In this document: piece after piece, positions 1-9,625 of the stretch
How the letters are laid out: each line of letters opens with the position of its first letter
Numbering within the stretch: position 1 is the first letter of the stretch
Assembly (NCBI GenBank): GCA_050260015.1
Contig: JBLNBN010000039.1
Coordinates: 93,944-157,943, forward strand
From: Chloroflexota bacterium
GTDB lineage: Bacteria; Bacteroidota; Ignavibacteria; Kapaibacteriales; UBA2268
DNA length: 64,000 nt
Reading direction: 5' to 3'
Program-made: the position numbers and the translations under genes
The notes under the pieces: generated by a model
Databases searched by the model: none
Seen by the model: only the letters and a program-made list of their open reading frames with translations
Told to the model about the DNA's origin: nothing

Positions 1-534
1 GGGAAATATTCCGTAGATTTGCGAAAGGGGATCGAGTACATTGTTACGGCGGAGGGGCGCGACGTCTTTTACCGCAACCGGAAAGTCTTTGTGCCGCGCG
101 GCGACACGCTAAAAACAACAGGCGCGGACTTTGCGCTGCCGGAAGTAATTACTCTTCGGATTAACTTCCCGACGGACGTCTACGACGAGCCCTATAGATT
201 TATGCTGGACAGCTCCGGCCTTGAAACCGGGCGCGAATGGAGCGCCGAATTGGACGACCTGGCGCGGAATATACTAGAAAGCGCGCAAAATATAAAGGAA
301 GTTCTCATCGTCGGGCATACCGACGACGTGGCGAGCGACGAATATAACCTTCAGCTTGGACGTAGAAGAGCTGATTTCGTCTTATCGCAATTGCTGGCCC
401 GCGGGGTTCCGGCCCGATTGATAGTCGCGAAATCCGCCGGCGAAAATGAGCCGCTCCCCGCAATCGCAGGCGAGGACCTGGATCTCAAGAGGAAGAGAAT
501 GCGCCGCGTAACGGTTGAAAAGATTCTGAAATAG
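1..534 (+). CDS. OmpA-family protein, C-terminal OmpA-like peptidoglycan-binding domain (5' partial, reading frame open to window start)
   Basis: Frame is open from nt 1 (no stop upstream of the listed TTG at 19). OmpA_C-like signature 'IVGHTDDVASDEYNLQLGRRRADFV'. Stop at 532-534. Confidence 0.6.
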   Translation, partial: GKYSVDLRKGIEYIVTAEGRDVFYRNRKVFVPRGDTLKTTGADFALPEVITLRINFPTDVYDEPYRFMLDSSGLETGREWSAELDDLARNILESAQNIKEVLIVGHTDDVASDEYNLQLGRRRADFVLSQLLARGVPARLIVAKSAGENEPLPAIAGEDLDLKRKRMRRVTVEKILK

Positions 535-589
535 TCGCGGATCCGTATTCGGCCGCGCGTGATTATTTTTATTTTTATGTTGTATTATT

Positions 590-2905
590 GTGTTTTTTAA
601 TCCTAAAATGACGCCAATAAGATATTTAACTATACTATTTATGGGATTTCTCCTGTTCATCGCCATGGTCGCCCTTTATGTGGGCATTGTGACGTCCGAC
701 GGGATGCCTTCGCTCGAGCAGCTTGAAAATCCCAGGCAAAATCTTGCTACAAGAATTATGAGCGCTGACGGGGTCGTGCTCGACCATTTCTTTATTGAAC
801 GAAGAGTATCCCTTTCCTACGACAGCATTCCCAAGAACTTCATAAACGCCCTAATCGCGACCGAGGATAAGAAATTTTGGGATCACTGGGGCGTGCACTC
901 CGGACGAGTTTTCAACGCCTTTATTAAGAATTTGCTTCCTGGGAACGGCCGCGAAGGCGCCTCGACTATAACGATGCAGCTTGCGAGGAATCTCTATCTA
1001 AACTTCGAGAATTCATTAAACAGGAAAATTCGCGAGGCCGTAACGGCGGTGCAAATCGAACGCACTTACACGAAGGAAGAGATAATCCAGCTCTACGCCA
1101 ACCAGGTTGCGTTCGGACGCGGAGCATACGGCATCCAGGTCGCTTCCCAGGTTTACTTCGACAAGCAGCCGACGAATCTAACGCTTTCGGAATGCGCCCT
1201 GCTCGTCGGGATGCTGAAGGACCCCTGGGCGCGCAATCCGGTCTCGGACTTCGACCGCTCGCTTCAACGACGGAACCTCGTGCTTAAGCTGATGCTCGAC
1301 GACGGCTATATCTCCTCAAGCCAATACGCCACGGCGATCGAGGAACCAATTACGGTATACTCGGGCGATCGCATACAGGCTAAAATGCGCTCGATATTCG
1401 GCATTCAAACGGCGCCGCACTTCGTGGAAATGATCCGTCAAACGCTAAGCCACGACGACAATATGAAGCAGTACGATCTCTATCGCGACGGCCTGATGAT
1501 CCATACGACGCTTAATACTAAAATACAGAAATACGCCAACGAAGCGGTCGAGGAGCATTTAAACGAATTCCAGGCCGAATTCGACGCGGCCTGGAACTGG
1601 TCGCGAAACTCCAAGCTACTTTCCTCGCTTATCGCAAAGGCTATAAAGAACCGGCCGGAATACAAGGCGGGCGGCCCCGAACGGCGATCGCAGCTCGAGC
1701 GTTCGCTCCGAAGCAACGTAAGGTTCATCGATTCCGTTAAGAACGCCGCAACGACGATCCAATGCGGGCTGGTAGTAATGGATCCGGCTACGGGCGCTAT
1801 CCTCGCTATGGTGGGCGCTTCGCCAAAATTTATGAAGGAGAATCCCGACGCCAAGTATTCGTTGAACCACGCCTGGCAGATTCGCCGTCAACCCGGCTCT
1901 TCCTTTAAGCCGTTCGTGTATGCCTGCGCGCTCCGGAACGGTATGCACCCAAGCAGCTCCGTGGAATGCGGGCCGTTTTCCTATACCCTGCCCTCCGGGG
2001 AAGTATGGTCGCCCTCCGGCTCGTGCGGCGGCGGCGGCTCGCGCTCGCTTTATTCGGCGCTCGCGTTTTCGATCAATACCGTGGCGGCGCGGCTCATTAC
2101 GCGCAATACTTCGCCGCAGGAAGTTATCGCGCTCGCTCGCCATATGGGCATCGAGTCCCCCCTGAGGAACGTTCCCGCGCTGGCGCTCGGAGCCGGCGGC
2201 GAAGTTTCCCCGCTCGAGATGACGAGCGCGTTCGGCACGTTCGTATTCAACGGAATGCACTCTGCGCCGTACGCTTACTCGCATATAGAGGATCACCTTG
2301 GCACTACGCTTTACGATAAGAAATTTAATGATAATATAGAGGACGCGCTATCTAAAAAAGTCGCGACCCAGATGGTGAAGATGATGCAGGGCGTAATCGA
2401 TTACGGCACGGCGAGCGTTATCCGACGCTACTTTAAGGGCATAGACGCCGGCGGAAAGACGGGCACGACGAACGACGCCGCGGACGCCTGGTTCGTAGGG
2501 TTTACTCCTCAGCTGGTTTGCGGCGTGTGGGTCGGCTTCGACGATAAACGCGTTACGTTCGACTGCGTAGGCGCCGAGGGCTACGGCGGACGCGCGGCGG
2601 CTCCGATCTGGGGAAGGCTTATGGCTAAGATATACTCCGACGTCTCGCTGCCCTACACGCAAAAGAAATTCTCTATGTTCGGCTTAGAGCCGCGCGAAAA
2701 GGAGGAGATAGAGAAAGAAGACTCGATGATCTCCACCGAGATAGAAGGGCAAATGATGGAAGAAGGGCAGGCGCCGCCGCTGAACTCGCCCGAACCGCCG
2801 CAGAGCGATCCGAGCAAGCAGTCGCCGCCGAAAAAACCGGCCCCCGCGTTGCCGCAGCTGCCTAAGCCGAAGGCGAATAAGCAAACCGCCGCGCAGATTA
2901 GGTGA
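590..2905 (+). CDS. mrcA: Penicillin-binding protein 1A (bifunctional glycosyltransferase/transpeptidase), with Pro/Lys-rich C-terminal tail
   Basis: N-terminal TM helix. GT51 motif 'ATEDKKFWDHWGV'. Transpeptidase SxxK 'SSFKP' and KTG 'KTGTT'. 771 aa. Confidence 0.9.
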   Translation: MFFNPKMTPIRYLTILFMGFLLFIAMVALYVGIVTSDGMPSLEQLENPRQNLATRIMSADGVVLDHFFIERRVSLSYDSIPKNFINALIATEDKKFWDHWGVHSGRVFNAFIKNLLPGNGREGASTITMQLARNLYLNFENSLNRKIREAVTAVQIERTYTKEEIIQLYANQVAFGRGAYGIQVASQVYFDKQPTNLTLSECALLVGMLKDPWARNPVSDFDRSLQRRNLVLKLMLDDGYISSSQYATAIEEPITVYSGDRIQAKMRSIFGIQTAPHFVEMIRQTLSHDDNMKQYDLYRDGLMIHTTLNTKIQKYANEAVEEHLNEFQAEFDAAWNWSRNSKLLSSLIAKAIKNRPEYKAGGPERRSQLERSLRSNVRFIDSVKNAATTIQCGLVVMDPATGAILAMVGASPKFMKENPDAKYSLNHAWQIRRQPGSSFKPFVYACALRNGMHPSSSVECGPFSYTLPSGEVWSPSGSCGGGGSRSLYSALAFSINTVAARLITRNTSPQEVIALARHMGIESPLRNVPALALGAGGEVSPLEMTSAFGTFVFNGMHSAPYAYSHIEDHLGTTLYDKKFNDNIEDALSKKVATQMVKMMQGVIDYGTASVIRRYFKGIDAGGKTGTTNDAADAWFVGFTPQLVCGVWVGFDDKRVTFDCVGAEGYGGRAAAPIWGRLMAKIYSDVSLPYTQKKFSMFGLEPREKEEIEKEDSMISTEIEGQMMEEGQAPPLNSPEPPQSDPSKQSPPKKPAPALPQLPKPKANKQTAAQIR

Positions 2906-3006
2906 TTTACAGATAGAGGGCGGCCTGAGCCGTATAAATTAGCGTTTCTTTGTTTTTAGTTGGCTTGTTAATACAAAAGAAGTTAAACAAATTAAATAAG
3001 GGGCTA

Positions 3007-3675
3007 ATGAAAAGCGAATTGAAATTTACGGACGGCCGCTCTCTCGAGCTGGGATCGATATTTTGCATCGGCCAAAATTACGCTAGGCACGCCCGGGAAA
3101 TGGGTTCCCGCGTCTCGGAAGCGCCAACCGTCTTCCTAAAGCCTCCGCAAAGTTACTTGCCGGAGGGCGGGAAGATCTGGCTCCCTGATTTCTCCAATAA
3201 CATCCATTACGAGGTCGAGCTAGTCGTCGTGGTCGGCGAGGAATGCGTCGACGTATCGCCCGGGGATGCGCTTGGTCGCGTCGCCGGTTACGCGGTTGGC
3301 ATAGACGTGACGCTACGCGACGTCCAGGCCGCGGCTAAAAAGGAGGGCGCGCCCTGGACGACCGCGAAAGGATTTCGTACGAGCGGCGCGATCTCGCAAG
3401 TAGTTCCCGCCGCCGCGGTTGAATTGCCGGACGACTTGTCGCTGGAGTTAAATATTAACGGCAAGCTTGCGCAGAGCGGCTCCACATGCGAAATGGAGCG
3501 CGGCGTTTCGGAATTAATTTCCTATATTTCCAGGGTGTTCGGCTTGCGCGCCGGCGACGTTATATTCACCGGGACCCCGGAGGGCGTGGGCAAAATACCG
3601 CCCGCCGCCGAGCTTGAAGCAAGATTATTAACTACGCGTCGCGAGCTTATCGTAAGCGCGCGATGGCTCTCCTAA
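3007..3675 (+). CDS. Fumarylacetoacetate hydrolase (FAH) family protein
   Basis: FAH-fold signatures 'IFCIGQNYARHAREMG', 'IHYEVELVVVVG', 'DVIFTGTPEGVG'. ATG at 3007 preceded by AAGGGG Shine-Dalgarno (listed ORF starts further upstream at 2950). Confidence 0.75.
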   Translation: MKSELKFTDGRSLELGSIFCIGQNYARHAREMGSRVSEAPTVFLKPPQSYLPEGGKIWLPDFSNNIHYEVELVVVVGEECVDVSPGDALGRVAGYAVGIDVTLRDVQAAAKKEGAPWTTAKGFRTSGAISQVVPAAAVELPDDLSLELNINGKLAQSGSTCEMERGVSELISYISRVFGLRAGDVIFTGTPEGVGKIPPAAELEARLLTTRRELIVSARWLS

Positions 3676-3682
3676 CGCAAAG

Positions 3683-5068
3683 GTGACACGTATGGGAAAA
3701 TTCATCGCGCTCGCGATCTTATTGTCCGCTCTAACGCTCTCAAGCTGCGGGTTGTACCAGGTTACCCGCACCGAGCGGGACGTTTACACGAAGACCGTTA
3801 AAGACACCACGCGCCTGACCAATATGCTAAACGCGCCCGGCGCGCGGGATAATGGCACGGTCTATCCATCCTCCCGCCAAATCCTGTTTTCCCGCGAGCT
3901 GACCCAGCAGGATAGTATCATCGAGCGGAATTATCCCGATTTTATACGGCTCGGCCTTTTCGAAGCTATCGGCACGATTAACTCCGGCGACGAGAACGCG
4001 CCCTCGGCGGGACTTTTCGGCCTGTTCCCCGACTTTAAGGAAGATAGAAGCGAGCCGAAGCTATTCCGCGGGGCTATCTACCGGGCGTTCATTTACGAAA
4101 CCCGGCTACGGTGGTTCCGCGACGCCGAAAATTGGACATGGGGAGGCTCGGCCGCCGAGTTTTTCTATTTCGACCGCGACGGTAAAAAGAGCTATATGGC
4201 CATAGCGCCGTTTTACTTGCGAAAGAGATTTTTCCTCTCCGAGGAGATACCCTATCGCTGTATAACCGCCGCCGCCGGCTTCGGCTTATTCCCAAGTCAA
4301 TACATGAATCTCTCGGTTTCCTACGACGTCGGGTCGATCGGCGGGCTGAATCTCCGCGCCTACCTCGGCGCAATAACGGGCTCCACGCTGGGCAGCCTGA
4401 CGCGTCCGGCGTCCCGCGGCGGCTCGACTTATCAAACTAAATTGTATCTTGGGCTCGGCTTCTCGGCGATGGACTTCCATAATCTTCCCCGGGAAACCGA
4501 AGTGGAATGGAAACGCCACGAGCATTCAAGTTGGGAAATCGGGCTTTTGCAGGCGGGATTCGTCAAGGCGTTCGGCGCGAAATCCGTCTTCGGCGACAGC
4601 TTAGGGAACGGGGGCATAGCTTCCGGTTATTACTTTAAATTGATAAACGCGTCGGTCGCCCTTCCGCTGCTCGACTATAAGCTCTACGGCGGAGTTTCCC
4701 TCATTAAGTTCTGCAATTACGCCGAAGGGGAGTACGCCCTGGGCGTTCTGCCTCTCCGGATAGGCTACTGGCAAACCCTTATCCCGGACGATCTAACGCT
4801 CGAGCCGTTCATCGAATGGGCGTATTACCCGGCCAGGTACGTCGATCTCGGCGCGAGGCTAAATCTAAATATAATTGAAAAGTTCGTGCTTTCCTTTACC
4901 CTGGGATTTGCCGGGGGCGAAGCTCTTACGCTCTATCCGCACCTGGAGCCTAATAATGGAAATCCGTTCAAGAGCTTTTCGCATCTTTATATGGGTCTGA
5001 GTTTCTCCCTGTGGGACAGAATATTTTATCCTTCTCAATTGCGCTACAACTTGCCCGAGGAGGATTAG
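3683..5068 (+). CDS. Hypothetical lipoprotein (461 aa), aromatic-rich, no recognisable domain
   Basis: Lipoprotein signal 'ILLSALTLSSCG'. Only an 8-nt gap to the next gene. Confidence 0.5.
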   Translation: MTRMGKFIALAILLSALTLSSCGLYQVTRTERDVYTKTVKDTTRLTNMLNAPGARDNGTVYPSSRQILFSRELTQQDSIIERNYPDFIRLGLFEAIGTINSGDENAPSAGLFGLFPDFKEDRSEPKLFRGAIYRAFIYETRLRWFRDAENWTWGGSAAEFFYFDRDGKKSYMAIAPFYLRKRFFLSEEIPYRCITAAAGFGLFPSQYMNLSVSYDVGSIGGLNLRAYLGAITGSTLGSLTRPASRGGSTYQTKLYLGLGFSAMDFHNLPRETEVEWKRHEHSSWEIGLLQAGFVKAFGAKSVFGDSLGNGGIASGYYFKLINASVALPLLDYKLYGGVSLIKFCNYAEGEYALGVLPLRIGYWQTLIPDDLTLEPFIEWAYYPARYVDLGARLNLNIIEKFVLSFTLGFAGGEALTLYPHLEPNNGNPFKSFSHLYMGLSFSLWDRIFYPSQLRYNLPEED

Positions 5069-5071
5069 AAA

Positions 5072-5701
5072 ATGATGCGGTTAAGAATTTTCACCGCTCT
5101 GATCGCGCTCGCCGGGCTATCCGGATGCAATCCGTACGAGTTCAGAATTATTCCGAATCCGAATTATGTAGTCGAGGGCAAAGCCCTCAGCGGGTTGGAC
5201 ACGTTTAAGAAAATGCAGGGCTCCCGCGTTCGCCTGCGGCCGGGCGGGATAGTCGCCCTGCGGGTAAAGTCGCTTACGCGGTACGAAGCGAAATTCCGAA
5301 TGAAAGTCGTGCATAGCGGCGTCGTCAATATAAACTTCCGCAGCGTTCCAACCGAATTTCCGGCGACAAAGCCGGTAACGTTTAGGTTCGCGCCCAACGG
5401 CTCGTCGCTTACCGGCGAGACGCGGCAGCTTGCCGGCGCGGATATTTCCACGATTCGCATGAACGAAGGCGCCACGCATGATATACTGATGATGAACGAC
5501 GGCAAGCTCTTATCCGTAAAGGTCGATTGCGAGCAGGTCTGGGCGACTACGGAACAGCCTATAACGGAGTGGATAATAGTCGAAGCCATGGACGGCGCGG
5601 ACATCGAACTGTTCGGCATAGAATTTGCTTATTTGGAGCTGGATTCCTATGTCCTTTCCCCGGAAGTATGGGGTTCGGACGGAGAAAAAATAGAATACTA
5701 A
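5072..5701 (+). CDS. Hypothetical lipoprotein (209 aa)
   Basis: Signal peptide with lipobox 'LAGLSGCNP'. Immediately upstream of fliC. Confidence 0.5.
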   Translation: MMRLRIFTALIALAGLSGCNPYEFRIIPNPNYVVEGKALSGLDTFKKMQGSRVRLRPGGIVALRVKSLTRYEAKFRMKVVHSGVVNINFRSVPTEFPATKPVTFRFAPNGSSLTGETRQLAGADISTIRMNEGATHDILMMNDGKLLSVKVDCEQVWATTEQPITEWIIVEAMDGADIELFGIEFAYLELDSYVLSPEVWGSDGEKIEY

Positions 5702-5742
5702 AGTTTTTTAAAATTGCGTCGAAAACTCCTGTAGTTAGGAAA

Positions 5743-5768
5743 CTAGAAATGGCAGGACGCCCGAAATA
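5743..5768 (+). promoter_or_regulatory. Possible sigma-28 (FliA)-type promoter upstream of flagellin
   Basis: 'CTAGAAAT-N10-CCGAAATA' loosely resembles TAAAGTTT-N11-GCCGATAA. GGAGG Shine-Dalgarno at 5782-5786. Confidence 0.25.
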
Positions 5769-5794
5769 ATCTTAATCTACATGGAGGTTTTTCA

Positions 5795-6748
5795 ATGGCT
5801 ACAGCTATTTCCGGCGGTGGTAGAATCCGCAACAACACGGCAGCGGACAACGCGTATAACTCGTTGATGATCGCTAACCAAACAATCGCTGAAAAGCAAT
5901 TACGGCTTTCGACTGGAAAGCGCATTAACTCGGCGGCAGACGACGTCGCTGGCTACATCACCAGCCGCGCTCTCGGCGCACGTACGTCTTCGTTAAAGAA
6001 CGCGCTCAACGCGGTCGGCGAGGCAAGAAACGTAACGTCGATGGCTTTAGACTCTCTTGATAATGTCGGCAATCTGCTCAACAAGATCAAGGACGCTACG
6101 GCAATGGCATCCACGGGCGCTCTCGGCTCCGACGAAAAAGTGGCTCTCGCTAAGACGGCTTATCGCCTCACTCAGCAGATCCAATCTATCGTCGACACGA
6201 CCGTTTTCGGCGGACGTCAGCTCCTCGGCGGAACTTATTCCGGCGATTGGACAATTGGTTACAAATCCGACGATTCGGCGGAGCAAATCTCTCTTAACTT
6301 AAGAGAAGACGCTAAAACCGAATACAACATTACCGACAGCGGCGTTAAATTTAACCTTAACGCAACTTCGGACGTAAAATCCCAAAATACGTTCGCAGGC
6401 GTTTCAGGCCTTTCGATGAACAGCTTGAACAGCATTACGACCAGCAATTTGGGCATTTTCGCCGAAACCGCAATCGGCGCGACGCTGACCAGCTTAGCGG
6501 ACGCTATCAACAATATCGCGAAGGTATCGGCTTACATCGGCGGTATCGACAACAGACTTTCTTCGCAGGAAGAGCTTCTCACGTCGCAGATCACCAACTA
6601 CAAAGCCGCTACGTCGAGAATTGAAGACGCCGACGCAGCCAATGAGCAAATGGAATTGATGAAATTCCAATTCTTGCAGCAAGCTTCGTTGATCTCTTCG
6701 ACGCAAGCAAACCAAGCTCCGCAAGCGATGATGCAACTCTTCCGCTAA
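5795..6748 (+). CDS. fliC: Flagellin
   Basis: N-terminal 'LSTGKRINSAADDVAGY' and C-terminal 'LISSTQANQAPQAMMQLFR' flagellin D0/D1 signatures. 317 aa. Confidence 0.9.
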   Translation: MATAISGGGRIRNNTAADNAYNSLMIANQTIAEKQLRLSTGKRINSAADDVAGYITSRALGARTSSLKNALNAVGEARNVTSMALDSLDNVGNLLNKIKDATAMASTGALGSDEKVALAKTAYRLTQQIQSIVDTTVFGGRQLLGGTYSGDWTIGYKSDDSAEQISLNLREDAKTEYNITDSGVKFNLNATSDVKSQNTFAGVSGLSMNSLNSITTSNLGIFAETAIGATLTSLADAINNIAKVSAYIGGIDNRLSSQEELLTSQITNYKAATSRIEDADAANEQMELMKFQFLQQASLISSTQANQAPQAMMQLFR

Positions 6749-6865
6749 GAGCGGCAACGCTGAAAGCGGTTTGGTTAAAGCGAAATTGATCCGGAAAATA
6801 TAAGGGGCGGGGCGAAGGAACGCGCCGCCTCTTATTAAATTCAAAATTCAAAAATTGAGGAAGCA

Positions 6866-7228
6866 ATGGCTTATTCAGCTCAACAAATTGCAGCCAATAG
6901 GGTTTACGGGGCAAAGACGCTCGACGGAAAACCAAAGATCCCGGCTTACATGGAGCAGGAAGTTCTCTCCTGGAGCAAGGAAAAGATAATTCTTAAGATG
7001 TACGATTTGTTTATCGTTAGCTGCAAGAAGCGCGATACGAACAAAATGAGCAGGGTGCTTATCGAGCTAATGGGCGCGCTCAATTTCGAATACGAAGAAA
7101 CGGCGACGAGACTTTACAGGCTTTATGAATACAGTCAAAGACTTGTATTTCAAAAAAAATACGACGAGGCATATAAGATTATAGCCGAGCTCCGCGCCGC
7201 ATGGGCGCAGGCTTTTAATTTAGAATAA
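6866..7228 (+). CDS. fliS: Flagellar export chaperone FliS
   Basis: 120 aa helical protein. C-terminal 'RLYRLYEYSQRLVFQ...AELRAAWAQAF' matches the FliS 'LYdYm..rL....l.eAW' pattern. Sits in the flagellar filament locus. Confidence 0.65.
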   Translation: MAYSAQQIAANRVYGAKTLDGKPKIPAYMEQEVLSWSKEKIILKMYDLFIVSCKKRDTNKMSRVLIELMGALNFEYEETATRLYRLYEYSQRLVFQKKYDEAYKIIAELRAAWAQAFNLE

Positions 7229-7255
7229 TTTCCTTTTTAGTTAACGGAGGACCGT

Positions 7256-8695
7256 ATGGCGGACTTGCTTAGTCAAAATCTTTCGACGACCGGCACGAGC
7301 TCGACGAATCAGCTCGAGGCGCTCGTTGAAAGCTTCCGCAATACAGAGCAGCCAAAGCTCGACTCGCTTGCGGTAAGGAAGAAGGCTCTTGAGTCCAAAA
7401 GGCTCTTTTTTACTAATTTAGCGAATAAGATAGATAACCTCTATTCCTCGTTCGATAAGTTCGGCTCCTTTAACTCCTCGGTTTATACGAAAAACGACAC
7501 GATCGACTCTAAGTTTTCCGCGCGAAGCGTTACCTCCTCCAAAAGCGAAGTAATGACGGCGACCGCCGACGGGACCGCGACGCTAACCTCCACAAGCGTA
7601 AGCGTTACGCGCGTGGCTACGAGCGACGTGTTAATATCCGATCGAAAAACTCTCTCGACAAGCTTCGGCCTTTCGGGAACCTACGCGTTCGACTTAACGA
7701 TAGGAACGAAAACGACGAATATTTCCGTCTCTCTCGACGCCGCGGAAACAAACGAAACCGCGATGAAAAAAATATCCGACGCGATTAACGCGGCGACGGA
7801 CGTCGGTATGAAATCAATCGTTATCAAGGACACCACCTCGACCGCAAAGATGTCCTGGACGGCTACGAACAGCGGCGGAACGAACAATATTAAATTCACC
7901 GATTCGCCTATCTTAAACGCTTTAGGCATTACGACAGGCGCGCTAAAACCAGGCCTGACAAATAGAAAAGCTGCGACCGCTACGGGCGCGGGTTTCGGCG
8001 AAGCCGACTATAACGATCTCGACGCGTTGATCAACATCAACGGGATCGATATTACGCGTTCATCGAATACCATCAACGACGTTATTACCGGCGTAACTTT
8101 ATCGCTGCTTAAGCCCCAGGAAACTGGCGACGCCCCTGTCACGCTTACGACAGGCGTGGATATAAAGGCAATTAAGGATATGTTCACCCCGATAACGCAG
8201 GCATACAACGAATTACAGAAGTATTTAAATGAGAATAAAAAACTTCAACGCGACGACTCCTCGATATCCAGCTTAGTCTCCAGGCTTCGCTCGACTATAT
8301 CGGGAGGCTCGGCCAACGCCGGGACGCTGCGCACCTTGATGGATATAGGATTCAAGGTCGGCGACGACGGCACGTTGATGTTTAGCGACGACACAAAGCT
8401 TAAAAAAGCGCTGGAAGAAAGGCCCACGGAAGTAGCAAGCCTTTTTACGGCGTCTGACGGATTTGTTTCAAGAATAAATTCAGCGATGTACAATCTCCGG
8501 GGGGATAAAGGGCTTATCGATTCGCGTCAGAATTCGATAACGTCCCAATTGGATACGAATAAGACACAGACTTCAAGAATGCAGGAGAGGATAGATTCCC
8601 AGGCGAATAATTTACGTAAACAATACAGCTCTTACCTAAAGACGTACTACCAGGCCCAAGGGCAGTACCAATGGGTAATGAGCACGACAGTTTAA
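7256..8695 (+). CDS. fliD: Flagellar filament capping protein FliD (hook-associated protein 2)
   Basis: 479 aa, Ser/Thr-rich. C-terminal 'RIDSQANNLRKQYSSYLKTYYQAQGQY' resembles the FliD C-terminal coiled coil. Position between fliS and flaG. Confidence 0.65.
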   Translation: MADLLSQNLSTTGTSSTNQLEALVESFRNTEQPKLDSLAVRKKALESKRLFFTNLANKIDNLYSSFDKFGSFNSSVYTKNDTIDSKFSARSVTSSKSEVMTATADGTATLTSTSVSVTRVATSDVLISDRKTLSTSFGLSGTYAFDLTIGTKTTNISVSLDAAETNETAMKKISDAINAATDVGMKSIVIKDTTSTAKMSWTATNSGGTNNIKFTDSPILNALGITTGALKPGLTNRKAATATGAGFGEADYNDLDALININGIDITRSSNTINDVITGVTLSLLKPQETGDAPVTLTTGVDIKAIKDMFTPITQAYNELQKYLNENKKLQRDDSSISSLVSRLRSTISGGSANAGTLRTLMDIGFKVGDDGTLMFSDDTKLKKALEERPTEVASLFTASDGFVSRINSAMYNLRGDKGLIDSRQNSITSQLDTNKTQTSRMQERIDSQANNLRKQYSSYLKTYYQAQGQYQWVMSTTV

Positions 8696-8716
8696 TACCA
8701 TAAACCGGACATTGTT

Positions 8717-9118
8717 ATGATAAGCGCTTTAACGGGACTGCCGCCAATTACTATAAATCGGCAGGACGGCGTTAGCGACGACTCGTCAAAGAACGCCGGG
8801 CCGCAATTCTCCGGCTCGGACAGTCGCGCTGCGGCTAAACCCGACAAGCCAAAAGGCGAAACGTCCGCCGATAAAGACGAGCGCAAAGGCGCGAACTACG
8901 AGCATTTGGCGAAAAAAATCTCGCAGGCGTTGAATAAAAATAACGATTTGGCAATTGAATTCCGGCTGGACGAGGAGTCCAATAAGATGATAATGCGGAT
9001 AATCAATTCCCAAACCCGCGAGGTCGTCGAGCAGTATCCCCCGGAAGTGTCGTTGAAAGTGGCTAGATTGGTTTCGAACCTACTTGGAAACGGCTCAGTA
9101 ACGGACGCGGTAGTATAG
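8717..9118 (+). CDS. flaG: FlaG family flagellar protein
   Basis: C-terminal 'IEFRLDEESNKMIMRIINSQTREVVEQYPPEVSLKVARLV' matches the FlaG motif (..vD.eTgevIRQIPpEe.l.la). Confidence 0.7.
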   Translation: MISALTGLPPITINRQDGVSDDSSKNAGPQFSGSDSRAAAKPDKPKGETSADKDERKGANYEHLAKKISQALNKNNDLAIEFRLDEESNKMIMRIINSQTREVVEQYPPEVSLKVARLVSNLLGNGSVTDAVV

Positions 9119-9122
9119 CCAA

Positions 9123-9470
9123 ATGAGCGTATTGCTGGAAAATGCCGAGCGCCTATTAGAGATATCAAAAAATATCTCTCTTTTGCTTTCGAGCGATCTC
9201 GAAGGCGAAGGGGAGAGCGCGCTTATTGAGCGGCTCTACGGGAGCCGCTCTTCTATTATTTCCTACCTCCGGTCCGAATTCGAAACTGAGGCCGGGCGCC
9301 GCGAGCTTGACGAGGAAAATTCCCCCCTGAAAAATAAATTGAAAGAGATCGCTAAGCTTGAGGAAAAAAATCTCGATTTGCTGAATAGGCGCGTTAAGCT
9401 CAAAGGCGCCGAACTAGCGGAGCTAACGCGAAAAAAATCTCTTTTCATTTATACCAAAGACAATAAATAA
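9123..9470 (+). CDS. Hypothetical coiled-coil protein, possibly FliT-like flagellar chaperone
   Basis: 115 aa, helical and charged. Starts 5 nt after flaG in the same operon. No diagnostic motif. Confidence 0.35.
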   Translation: MSVLLENAERLLEISKNISLLLSSDLEGEGESALIERLYGSRSSIISYLRSEFETEAGRRELDEENSPLKNKLKEIAKLEEKNLDLLNRRVKLKGAELAELTRKKSLFIYTKDNK

Positions 9471-9625
9471 CCTAAATGCAGCATTAAATTTGCATTAAAA
9501 ATTAAAAATTGGTTTATTTGAATTATCTTTCATAATTTCCAATAGTTAAAATGCGGACAAGTTAAATATTATCTTATAATTTGCCCCGCTCCATGTTGGC
9601 GCGGCGGGCGATAAGGAGAGGTTGA

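Noticed and set aside
1616-2296. 226 aa antisense ORF (plus several 60-125 aa ORFs) inside the penicillin-binding protein 1A gene
   Set aside because: Arg/Ala-rich low-complexity translations typical of the reverse frame of GC-rich coding DNA. The sense-strand protein has clear GT51/TP motifs.
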